The notes under the pieces: generated by a model
What the model saw: only the letters and a program-made list of their open reading frames with translations
What the model was told of the DNA's origin: nothing
Databases searched by the model: none
Source: an uncultured delta proteobacterium
GTDB taxonomy: Bacteria > Desulfobacterota > Binatia > Bin18
Reading direction: 5' to 3'
Assembly (NCBI GenBank): GCA_963733195.1
Contig: CAVTCR010000071.1
Span: forward strand, 1-64,000
Length of the DNA: 64,000 nucleotides
Translations under genes and position numbers: made by a program
Shown here: positions 1 to 9,095 of the stretch, piece after piece
Numbering within the stretch: position 1 is the first letter of the stretch
Layout of the letters: the number at the start of each line of letters is the position of its first letter

Positions 1-2047
1 ACCCTGTCCTCCTCCGACTACGCGAAGGACAAGCTCTCCCGCAAGGGGAGAGGGAACCTTTTGTCGCAGAATCTGTACACAAACTGGCTCACGTCATTCA
101 TCAGCGCACGGATGGCAACCCACTGTTCATGGTGAACGTGACCAATGAGCTGGTGGCACGCGAGGTCATTACCCAGCACGATGGGCACTGGGAAATCGAA
201 GGCCAAATTGCCGACGATGGCATGAGGGTACCGAGAATCTCCGCCAATTGATCGAGCAACAGCTTGCACGCGTGAGCCCTGACGAGCGCAAAGTCTTAGA
301 GGCAGCGAGTGTAGCGGGGGCAGAGTTCTCCGCGGCAGCCGTGGCCGCGGGCACAGAGCAAACTGACGGAAGCGGTAGAAACACACTGTGATGGTTTGGT
401 ACGCCGAGAACAATTCCTCCGTACCCAAGGGACGAGCGAATGGCCAGATGGAACAGTGGCAGCACGCTACGGCTTCGTACATGCCTTGTATCAAGAAGTG
501 TGTACGAGCAGATGTCCGCCACTCGGCGCATCCGTTTACATCGGCAAATTGGTGAGCGCGAAGAACAAGCTTACGGCGACCGAGCGCGAGAGATTGCCGC
601 TGAACTGGCCGTGCACTTTGAGCGCGGGCGGGATACCAACGAGCCATCCAGTATCTGCAACAAGCGGGCGAGAATGCCGTGCGGCGTTCTGCCTATCAGG
701 AAGCAATCATTCTCCTCACCAGGGGCTCCAGCTGCTCAAGACCTTGCCGGACACCCTGAGCGCGTCCGGCAAGAACTCACACTACAACTCGCCCTGAATG
801 ATGCTCTGATTCCTACCAAGGGCTATGCGGCCCCGGAAGTGGAAAAAACTGTACACCCGGGCCCGGGAACTGTGCCAGCAGCTGGGGGAGACTTCTCAGC
901 TCTTCCCAGTGCTGTGGAGACTGATGCGTGTTTTATCATAACCAGGGGGAGTTACAGACGGCACGTGAGCTGGGGGAGCAGCTGTTGCGTCTAGCTCAGA
1001 CACGCCAAGACCCGTATCTCCTCTCGCTGGCTCACATATGCACGGGAGGATCTTGTACTGGCTTGGAGAGTTGACCTCGGCTCGGACACACTTCGAGCAG
1101 GCGATTGCGTTGTATGACCCCCAGCAGCATCCTCGTTCCACTTTCCATACGGCTGACCGAGGGTAGATGCCTCTCGCTATGCAGCCTCAGACCTTGTGGT
1201 ACCTTGGCTATCCAGACCAAGCCTTGAAGAGGAGCCACGAGGCACTCGCCTTGGCCCAAGAGCTATGCGCACCCTTATAGTCTAGCTTATGCCTTTACTG
1301 GGATGCAGCTGGTTCATCACCTCCGCCGGGAGGCGCAAGCAGCCCGAGAGCGGGCAGAGGCGGTGATTGCACTCTGCGACCGAGCAGGGGTTTCCGTTCT
1401 GGTTGGCGAGTGGGACGAGACTGCGGGGCTGGGCACTGGCCGAGCAAGGACAGGTGGGAAGAGGGCATTACCCACAGATGCGGCATGGCAGCCTCAGGCT
1501 ATCTGAGCATCCTATATCTTGCCCTGCTGGCCGAAGCGTATGGAAAAGCAGGACAGGTAGAAGAAGGGCTGACCGTGCTGGCCGAAGCGCTGGCTATGGT
1601 GGACAAAACTGGAGAGCGATGTCTACGAGGCGGAGCTGTATCGGCTAAAAGGCGAGCTCACGCTCGCCCAGTCTAGGGTCCAGAGTCTAGAGTCTAGGCA
1701 GACAAATCAAAAGGCAAAGGGCAGAAGTCGAAAGAAGAAGCTGTCAGTCGTCAGTTCTCAGTTATCAGTCCCTAACACCCAACCCCTAGCACCCAGCACC
1801 GAGGCGACGGTGGAACAGGAAGCAGTGTTTTCTCAAGGCCATTGAGATTGCACAGAAGCAACAAGCCAAGTCCCTAGAACTTCGCGCTACGATGAGCCTG
1901 GTACGACTATGGCGACAGCAACAACGCAAGCACAGACACGCAAGCTCACACAAGATGTTATCTGATATCTACAACTGGTTCACCGAAGGGTTTGACACCA
2001 AAGACTTGCAAGAGGCGAAGGCGCTACTCGAAGAATTGAATCATTGA
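1..2047 (+). CDS. STAND-type AAA-ATPase/TPR regulator, 3' part (5' end outside the window; several frameshifts)
   Basis: Frames join into VPENLRQLIEQQL, FVHALYQEV, HRQIGEREEQAYG, TPR helices, [11 protein letters not shown] and the terminus [23 protein letters not shown]. Closely similar to 10330-12207. Confidence 0.85.
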
Positions 2048-2163
2048 GCCATCGAGCCATTAAATGGGGAAAATGGATCAATGAGTGATTAGGGTGTTAA
2101 GTGCATCAATGATCGGAGTTGGCTTAAGAAAGGCGGGAACAAGGGAGAAAATTCAACCCAGTG

Positions 2164-2382
2164 CTACGTAGTGGATGTGATCGTCTCGACGGTAACGGCT
2201 TGGGTCTGATGATCGGGTCGATAATAGAGCCGCTCAAAACCGATAACTTCTCCGGTCTTGCTGTTTTTAATCAGAATGACCCCTTCCCCGGTTTCTTCAC
2301 AAACCTGATCTGGAGAAGGTTCTTTCCAATACACGGTAAGCGTCTCTCCTATGGAGTCGTGGATCACACGGATATGGGCCAT
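2164..2382 (-). CDS. DUF2283-like small protein (putative antitoxin)
   Basis: 72 aa with HD..GETLTVYW...EETGEGVILIK...GEVIGFE; overlaps the upstream toxin-like ORF. Confidence 0.7.
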   Translation of the reverse strand: MAHIRVIHDSIGETLTVYWKEPSPDQVCEETGEGVILIKNSKTGEVIGFERLYYRPDHQTQAVTVETITSTT

Positions 2383-2681
2383 ACCAATTCCCCTTCCTTG
2401 ACTTTGTCACTCAAGTAACTGGTGATCATAAATCCTTCGCCGTTCAGCCGTTTAGCGACGACCACGATATAATACGGCGGGTCTGAGGCGTAGAACAAGT
2501 ATACTGTCCGGTCTTGCTTACTGCGACGGACCTGTTCGGGTTTTCGCAGACAATCCTGTATGGTGCTTTCTTTTCCGGTAACTTCAGGATGCTTCCGTAG
2601 AATCAATTCCCAATGGGAGGAAGTAGTACGTACAGAAAACCCAGTAGCGGAGTCGGGATAAAAAAACAAAGGATCTTGCAC
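2364..2681 (-). CDS. DUF4258/BECR (RelE-like fold) putative ribonuclease toxin
   Basis: 105 aa with HWELILRKHPE, VRRSKQD..VYLFY, VVVAKRLNGEGFMITSY; paired with the DUF2283-like gene. Confidence 0.6.
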   Translation of the reverse strand: MQDPLFFYPDSATGFSVRTTSSHWELILRKHPEVTGKESTIQDCLRKPEQVRRSKQDRTVYLFYASDPPYYIVVVAKRLNGEGFMITSYLSDKVKEGELVWPISV

Positions 2682-2767
2682 CGTGCCTGTCCTTTACTAT
2701 GTTTTCTCTCTGTAGCCTGAATGAAGAGCTGCCGTAAAGGGGAGAGGTGGAAGGTTACCATTGCTTA

Positions 2768-2816
2768 GCTGAAGGGCTTGATACAGGACTTGCAAGAGGC
2801 GAAGGGGTTGTTGGAC
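2768..2816 (+). repeat. Degenerate copy of the STAND gene 3' end
   Basis: gaagggcttgatacaggacttgcaagaggcgaaggggttgttgga resembles gaagggtttgacaccaaagacttgcaagaggcgaaggcgctactcga near 1985-2032. Confidence 0.8.
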
Positions 2817-2953
2817 AAGAGTAACGAGTATAGGATCTAAGGTACAGCGTCAAAACAGGTGCAACATATCATTAAAGGTTTCCTCAGAGGACTGACCTTT
2901 GACTTTCCGTATCCTCAGGCCTGAGAAAGGCACGAGGCTTATGCAGTAGGTTG

Positions 2954-3061
2954 GCCGAAGCACACAAGATGTTATCCGACATCTACAACTGGTTCACCGA
3001 AGGGTTTGACACCAAGGACTTGCAAGAGGCGAAGGCGCTACTCGAAGAATTGGGCCATTGA
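2954..3061 (+). repeat. Orphan near-identical copy (~108 bp) of the STAND gene 3' end
   Basis: Encodes [35 protein letters not shown] with no upstream gene body; direct repeat of ~1942-2047 and ~12100-12207. Confidence 0.92.
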
Positions 3062-3166
3062 GGGATTGAGACATTGAGGGATTGTAGACTTGTTTTCAAT
3101 GACCCGATCGCCCGATGACTCAATTCTTCAATGACTCGATGACCCAATATAACAACGTCTTCTTCC

Positions 3167-3195
3167 TTGTCTTGTTCACTGTTTTTTCGTATCCT
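3167..3195 (+). promoter_or_regulatory. Putative sigma70 promoter of the DUF433/PIN cassette
   Basis: TTGTCT-N17-TATCCT, 26 nt before the ATG at 3221. Confidence 0.45.
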
Positions 3196-3220
3196 CGTCT
3201 CCGAGAAAGGCGTTACGCTT

Positions 3221-3510
3221 ATGCATACGGTCACCGATATCGGTAGCTTGATTGTTTGCTCACCTGAAATCCGTGGAGGACGACCTCGTATCGCCGGTAC
3301 AGGGGTGACAGTTAGACGCGTTGTGAGCTGGTACAAGCAAGGTCTCAATCCGGAGGAAATTGTCGATCAGTTCGGGCACTTAACTCTGGCGCACGTGTAT
3401 GCTGCGCTCGCCTACTATCACGCTAATCGTGATGCGATAGAAGCGGATCTGGCTACCGAAGATGCAGAGACGGTAGACTCGCACAGCAGCACTCTTCAAC
3501 TCGCCAATAA
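3221..3510 (+). CDS. DUF433 family antitoxin (VapB45-like)
   Basis: IVCSPEIRGGRPRIAGTGVTVRRVV...VYAALAYYHANRDAIE. Probable frameshift near the 3' end, stop at ~3510. Confidence 0.88.
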
Positions 3511-3513
3511 CAT

Positions 3514-3642
3514 ATGGCGACGATCCGTCTCTACATCGATGAAGACTCTATGGATCGCGCTTTGCTCCGCGCCCTCCGTGCACGCGGAGCAGCAGAGATG
3601 AGCAACAGTGTGGAATTTCTTCAGGCGTGGGGCAAAGAATAA
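3514..3642 (+). pseudogene. DUF5615/VapC45-type PIN toxin with internal deletion (42 aa)
   Basis: Hand translation MATIRLYIDEDSMDRALLRALRARG|AAEMSNSVEFLQAWGKE*: family N-terminus joined to C-terminus, with the central PIN core missing. Confidence 0.75.
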
Positions 3643-3654
3643 TAAGGAGACAGC

Positions 3655-4725
3655 TCACACCGCCCGACCAAGGACCTGGTAAATCTCGATAGGCTCGGCG
3701 ATGTTCTTCAAGTGCTCACGTCCAAGGCTTGCCAAGCAATAGCGGTCGCCAAGACGGCGTACTGTCTCAGGACCAACAAGAATCTGTCCAGCTTGCGCGA
3801 CACCTGCGAGCCTCGCAGCGAGGTTGGTGACTGGGCCGCTGGCGGTGAACGTCCATCGCGTTCCATGCATTCCCTCAAGGCGCGTCGCGCCGACGAATGC
3901 AACTCCCGAGTTCAGACCGATGTGAATCGCAATCGGATGCTCACGGTTTGCGTGGTTGAGCGTCTCGGTGACGGTTAGCAGGGACAGAGCAGTATCAATC
4001 GCTTTGATGGCATGCGCGTATCGGTCCATATCTTGAAAGACAATCATGAGGCCATCACCGGCAGTCGCAGTGATGTCACCATCAGTTTCATGAATACGAT
4101 CAAGAAAAACAGAGAAATACCGCTCGACCAATGTATTCACCACATCGAGCGGTAGTCGTTCACTCAAGGCAGTATACTCGCTGATATCAACGAAGAGGAC
4201 AGAGACATCTTGCTCCCGTTTCTCTAACGCCGGTGCTGCTGCATCTTTCTCAAGCAGACGCCTCACCGATTGTGGGACGAACTTCGTCAGGTATTCCTGT
4301 ACTCCCTGCAGCACATTCACCTTGCGTTCGATTGTCTGTTTCAGTCGCAGCGAGGTACGAATCCGCGCTATCAATTCGTCGCGATGAACCGGTTTCGTCA
4401 GAAAGTCGTCAGCTCCGGCTTCGATCCCTTTGATGCGGTCCTCAACTTGGCCCAAGGCCGTCATAATAATCACCGGGATCAACCGCGTTTCTTCATTGTC
4501 CTTGAGTCGTTTGCAGACCTCAAACCCATCGAGAAGTGGCATCATGATATCTAACAGGATTAGATCAGGTCGCTCCTCTTGCACTTGCCGCAGCGCCTCT
4601 TCTCCGTCATAGGCTTTGACAACAGCATAGCCTCGCGGAAGCAACAACGCTTCTAACAACTTGACATTTTTCGTCTCGTCATCGACGACGAGGATCTTTG
4701 CGTGGAGCTCAGCCATGAGACTCAC
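3655..4725 (-). CDS. Response regulator receiver fused to class III nucleotide cyclase
   Basis: REC motifs ILVVDD, DLILLDIMMP and KP; cyclase motifs VSVLFVDISEYT, AGDGLM and NLAARL. Confidence 0.92.
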   Translation of the reverse strand: MSLMAELHAKILVVDDETKNVKLLEALLLPRGYAVVKAYDGEEALRQVQEERPDLILLDIMMPLLDGFEVCKRLKDNEETRLIPVIIMTALGQVEDRIKGIEAGADDFLTKPVHRDELIARIRTSLRLKQTIERKVNVLQGVQEYLTKFVPQSVRRLLEKDAAAPALEKREQDVSVLFVDISEYTALSERLPLDVVNTLVERYFSVFLDRIHETDGDITATAGDGLMIVFQDMDRYAHAIKAIDTALSLLTVTETLNHANREHPIAIHIGLNSGVAFVGATRLEGMHGTRWTFTASGPVTNLAARLAGVAQAGQILVGPETVRRLGDRYCLASLGREHLKNIAEPIEIYQVLGRAV

Positions 4726-5111
4726 ACCTGCCCTTGCGGGTTGCGCATACAGAAACGCTCGACGACTTTGGGCAACTCTTTAATATCAATGGGCTTCGCC
4801 ATGTAGCCGTCGAACCCCTCAGTCTGCAAACTTTCTTGGTCTCCTTTCATGGCAAACGCAGTCAAGGCAATGATGGGAATGTGCTGCGTGCTTACATCCG
4901 CTTTCAAAAGCTTGAGCGCCGCTCGTCCATCCATGCCAGGCAGTTGCACATCCATCAGGATGAGCGCAGGGAGTCGTTCGTGCGCCAGGGCAACCCCAGC
5001 TTCACCGGTTTCCGCCTCCAGCGTCGCGTAGCCGTGAAACTGCAGGACATCGCGTACCAGTTTGAGATTCTTCGGGTTATCTTCGATGATCAGAATAAGT
5101 TCCCCAGACAT
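4722..5111 (-). CDS. Single-domain response regulator (DivK-like)
   Basis: ILIIEDN, LILMDVQLPGMDG, IIALTAFAMKGD, KPID. Confidence 0.93.
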   Translation of the reverse strand: MSGELILIIEDNPKNLKLVRDVLQFHGYATLEAETGEAGVALAHERLPALILMDVQLPGMDGRAALKLLKADVSTQHIPIIALTAFAMKGDQESLQTEGFDGYMAKPIDIKELPKVVERFCMRNPQGQV

Positions 5112-5126
5112 AAGCCAGATCTCCTC

Positions 5127-6399
5127 TTAGGAGGCACGGGAGGACCTTACTGACCGTTCTGACAACTGCAAAACGTTCAACCCTTCGAGCAGTTCCTCTC
5201 GGTGAACCGGCTTGACCAAATACTGTATCGCGCCCAAGGCAAGACCTTTGCCTTTCTGGTCGACAATTGACGCAATAATGACTGGAAGATCCTTGGTCAC
5301 CGGGTCTGCTTTTATCTGTGAGAGCAAAGCCCAGCCGTCCATCTTCGGCAATAACACATCGAGAATAATCGCGTCCGGGGCAAGCTGCATGAGCTGTTCA
5401 AGACCGGCTTGGCCATCACGGGCAATAGCAACAGCGTAACCAGCTTCGGTAAGGTAGAGCCGAAGCAGTTCTGCTGCTTTCGTATCATCATCAATGATCA
5501 GCACCAGGGGCTTGGTGGAGTTTTCTTCGGTCACATTCTCTCGAACTGCTCTCTGACGCACGGCTGATAGCAGCGTACTCTTTGCTTGTTCCTACAATGG
5601 GGAGGGTAAAAGTAAAGGCGCTTCCCTGTCCTAAGCTGCTCTCCACCCAAATCTGCCCACCATGCAGTTCGATAAACTTTTTCGTCAAGGCCAGACCCAA
5701 ACCAGTGCCTTCAGCTTTTCCTACTGTCCCCTTTCCGACTTGCTGAAATGCCTCAAAGATCTGCTGCTGATCTTCCGCGGCAATCCCGATACCGGTATCC
5801 CGCACGACCACTTGCACAACGCCATCCGTCTTTGTGGCCGTGACACTCACCTTACCCTTGTCTGGCGTAAACTTTACGGCGTTCGAGAGGAGATTGAAGA
5901 GGACCTGTTTCACTTTGCGCTCATCTCCAATGAAAGTGTCGAGTTCCTCAGCAATGTCCAACGAGAGCGTGAGGCCGTGCGCGAGCGCACGCTCCTTGAC
6001 CATCACCAGACTACCCTCCAAAAGCTCTCGGAGGTTAAACACGGCTGGCTCCAGCTCCATCTTCCCGGCTTCGACCTTGGAGAGGTCGAGGATGTCATTG
6101 ATAAGTGCGAGGAGATGCTGGCCGGAAGAGAGGATGTCTTGGAGATATTCTTCTTGCTTCTCATTCAGCTCACCGAACATTTTCTCCAGCAGCACTTCGG
6201 AGAAGCCGATGATCGCGTTGAGCGGCGTGCGCAATTCGTGTGACATGTTCGCCAGGAACTCAGACTTGTGGCGAGTGGCGGCTTCGGCTGTCTCTTTCGC
6301 TTGTTGCAGTGCAGCCTCGGCCCGCTTGCGTGCGGCCAGTTCTTCCATCAGGCGGTACTGGATTTGGACTTCCAGCTCGTGGCTGTCGTGCTCACTCAT
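5127..6399 (-). CDS. Cytoplasmic hybrid histidine kinase (HisKA-HATPase-REC), frameshift near 5550
   Basis: [30 protein letters not shown] and GTGLGL; REC domain in ORF 5127-5561. Only ~45 aa precede the H-box. Confidence 0.9.
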
Positions 6400-7004
6400 G
6401 CGGCAGTCCCTAACCGTTCGATAAACTGGTTGTGATCAAGTACTTCAGCGTACAGGGGAAAGACATTTTCACAATAGAAATCTTGCTCGAAAGTCGTCCG
6501 ACCAGACGTACAGTCAGAAAGGATAGAAACCTTATACCCACGCTCGAAAGCGGAGCGGCCCGTGGAATCGACGCAGATGGAAGTCACCACCCCAGCTATG
6601 GCGACATTGGTGATCCCACGTTGTTGAAACAGATTGTCGAGGTCAGTATTAGAAAAGGCATTGAGCCCGCGTTTGCCAGGCACTTCTAAGATCCGCTCCC
6701 CGAGGCGGCGCAGTTCTGAGATTGTCTCCGCTCCTTTTGTGCCCGCCTTAAAGGCGCCCATCTCTTTCACAGTCTTGAGAATCCCAACTGGGTCAGTGAG
6801 TTCACTGTAGTCAGGCGTGAAGCTAATCGGTGTGGCGACGATCAAGACTGGAGTAGAAGACAAGTGTTCCAGCAGATCGACGGTATTAGCGAGGGTACCA
6901 GTGACACGCGAGGCTTCTTCAATGACACGGTAAAGAACGCCATCCGTCGCGAAGTAATCATTCTGATAACCGATCAACACCAAGGCCGCGTGTTGTGGGT
7001 CCAT
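6396..7004 (-). CDS. Isochorismatase-family (cysteine hydrolase) protein
   Basis: [53 protein letters not shown] before the ATG at 7004; ATGA overlap with the kinase start. Confidence 0.9.
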   Translation of the reverse strand: MDPQHAALVLIGYQNDYFATDGVLYRVIEEASRVTGTLANTVDLLEHLSSTPVLIVATPISFTPDYSELTDPVGILKTVKEMGAFKAGTKGAETISELRRLGERILEVPGKRGLNAFSNTDLDNLFQQRGITNVAIAGVVTSICVDSTGRSAFERGYKVSILSDCTSGRTTFEQDFYCENVFPLYAEVLDHNQFIERLGTAA

Positions 7005-7222
7005 GACCTGCCCTCCATACTGAGAGACATCCAGTTCGGATACGACAAGGGTGGCATGTAAGCTATGCCGCGAACTGTAGTCCCTTTGGATTATAGTTGC
7101 AAGCAAAAGTTAAGATGTAAGGCGTGCCCCGAGCGGCAAGATGGCATATCACACCAGCACGTAGTACACGCCCTACGAAGCTCTCAATTGATTGGCAGCG
7201 CCGTGGCTTGCCCATTCCAATT

Positions 7223-8558
7223 TTAGTGAACGGGCCGCAGAAAATGACTGACGGCACGATCAGCGATCTTGCGACCATGCTTAATGCCTGTGTTGACAGC
7301 ATCGCGAAAATGAAACCCATTATAGATGCGTGAGACCCCATTCTCCTCCGCTGCTTGTGTGAAACTGGTAAACGAGCGGCGCACCTCTGACGCTCCGCCG
7401 CACTGCTCCTCGGCGAGCGGAACGACAGGCTGCACGCAGTGAAGCTGATGTCATCATCCTTGAAAAACCGCTTCAACACCTGCGCAGCGGCGCCACCTTC
7501 GACGCTGTGGCCTGAATCGTAATCCGGGACCGGTGGCGTCGGCGCAAGCGGCTCCCACGTTGGGTCAGCAGTGGTGTCGGGGTTGCCGTCGGTGTCCGCA
7601 AGTTGAATCGCCGTGACCGGTCGCCAGAAATTGTAATGATACTTGGTATCGAACGTCCCGATATAGCCATCGGCCATCGCCATATTCAGCAGGCCGAAGA
7701 GCCGGGCATTCTCCCACAGGTCGAGTCCTTCAGCAGCCGAGACCGTGCGTGCGATGCGATTCCACATCAGCGGTGAACTTTCTATCCAGAAGAGAGCGAT
7801 TTGGGTTTGCTCGGCGGTGCGCGCGCTGGGGGTGGTGACTCCGTCACCGCCGAGACTTTTCACTTCGTTGAGATCTGCCGCGTACTTCTTGCTGGTCAGT
7901 TTGTAAGGAGGCCCCGGACTGATACTGAGCAGCGTCGTTCAGCACGAAAGGTGTGACATCGGCCCAGCCTGGTGCAAAGGCAAACGGGAACCCCGGCGTA
8001 AAGCGCCACTCGCCGGGAGCCGTCCTTGCGGGATAGGCCGTGTCAATTAACAGCGTGTCTGACCCATCGTTAGTCGCGGAGCGCGAGGATAGCTGCGGCT
8101 GCAGCTTGGTCCAACGCAATACCTTGCGTCTTGGCTGATTCCATTCGGGATTGCGGCCAACGCAGCGGTATAGTCGGCTTCGACACTGGCGACTCCCGCA
8201 TCGATACACATCCTGGGGGAAAGAGATCGGAGGGAGCTGATTGATCAGCGCGACCAACACGTCATGCGCTGCCGCAGCCACAGCGGCATCCGCAGAAGCG
8301 CCTGACGGGGCCTGACTGTCGAAAGTGTACGGACGGGAGCGCCGATCGATCGCATTGAGCGCGTCATGAATGGCGATGTGCACCATCGCATACATACGCG
8401 ATTCGTGGAGTGGATCATCGTCGGGAGATATACAGGCGGCCTTGGCGGCTTCGCCAGCGTTCTCGTTCCAATCGGTGACCGCGTCGGCACTGACTAGGCG
8501 TGACCAGCCACAGAAGAGGAACAACAGAGTGAAAATTCTGCTAGCATCGTGTCTTCAT
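7223..8558 (-). CDS. Secreted vanadium-dependent haloperoxidase/PAP2-family protein (frameshifted)
   Basis: Signal peptide then DAVTDWN; AMVHIAIHDALNAI, KYHYNFWRP, PDYDSGHS and SRIYNGFHF vanadate/phosphate-binding motifs. Confidence 0.85.
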
Positions 8559-8754
8559 ATTGACCTCCTTTTTACCTGTTGCTTGGAAAGCTGCCCTAAT
8601 AGGGCATCCTTTCCTGTTTGTTATTGTTCCTGTCTCCCGGCTTTCCTTCTGTTCTGCCCCGTGTAGTCCTCCTTTCTGTGACTGTGCTCGTCTCAGTAGG
8701 CGTAACAGGAGTATGAACAAGTCGTTCATTCTGCCGGAACAATTGAACGGTTTT

Positions 8755-8959
8755 TCACTCTTCGGCGCGACGGCGTAGCACCCGCGCCATAAACGCCAGC
8801 AACTCCTCCAGAGAGTCGAAGTGCGTCGATTGCCCCGACACCACATGCTCCACTCGTCCCTCGACTCGGTCCACGAGCGACATTGCTGCTCGTGCGAAAA
8901 TGCACGACAAACGCCCGGTGGACTGATAAGGGGGCCTTTCCTGTTTGCTGCTGCGGCAT
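8755..8959 (-). CDS. Small conserved hypothetical protein (~68 aa, one frameshift)
   Basis: Joined frames: MPQQQTGKAPLSVHRAFVVHFRTSSNVARG-RVEGRVEHVVSGQSTHFDSLEELLAFMARVL; divergent from the STAND regulator. Confidence 0.65.
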
Positions 8960-9095
8960 GGTGGTACGTCCGTCTCCATGTTTCGCTTGCAATCGCGCGT
9001 GCCTGTGCGAGGAGAATAGAAGCACGGGAAAAGAAAGTCATAGGAAAGTTCTGGGATTACTCTGGGATTATTCTAGGACGCGGTGAGGGCAAAAA

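Noticed and set aside
1940-3061. Diversity-generating retroelement TR/VR pair
   Set aside because: Differences between tail copies are few, mostly synonymous and not adenine-specific, and there is no reverse transcriptase in the window.
2041-3150. Classical integron attC sites
   Set aside because: No convincing RYYYAAC/GTTRRRY core pairs were seen and there is no integron integrase; the repeat unit is a coding-gene tail.
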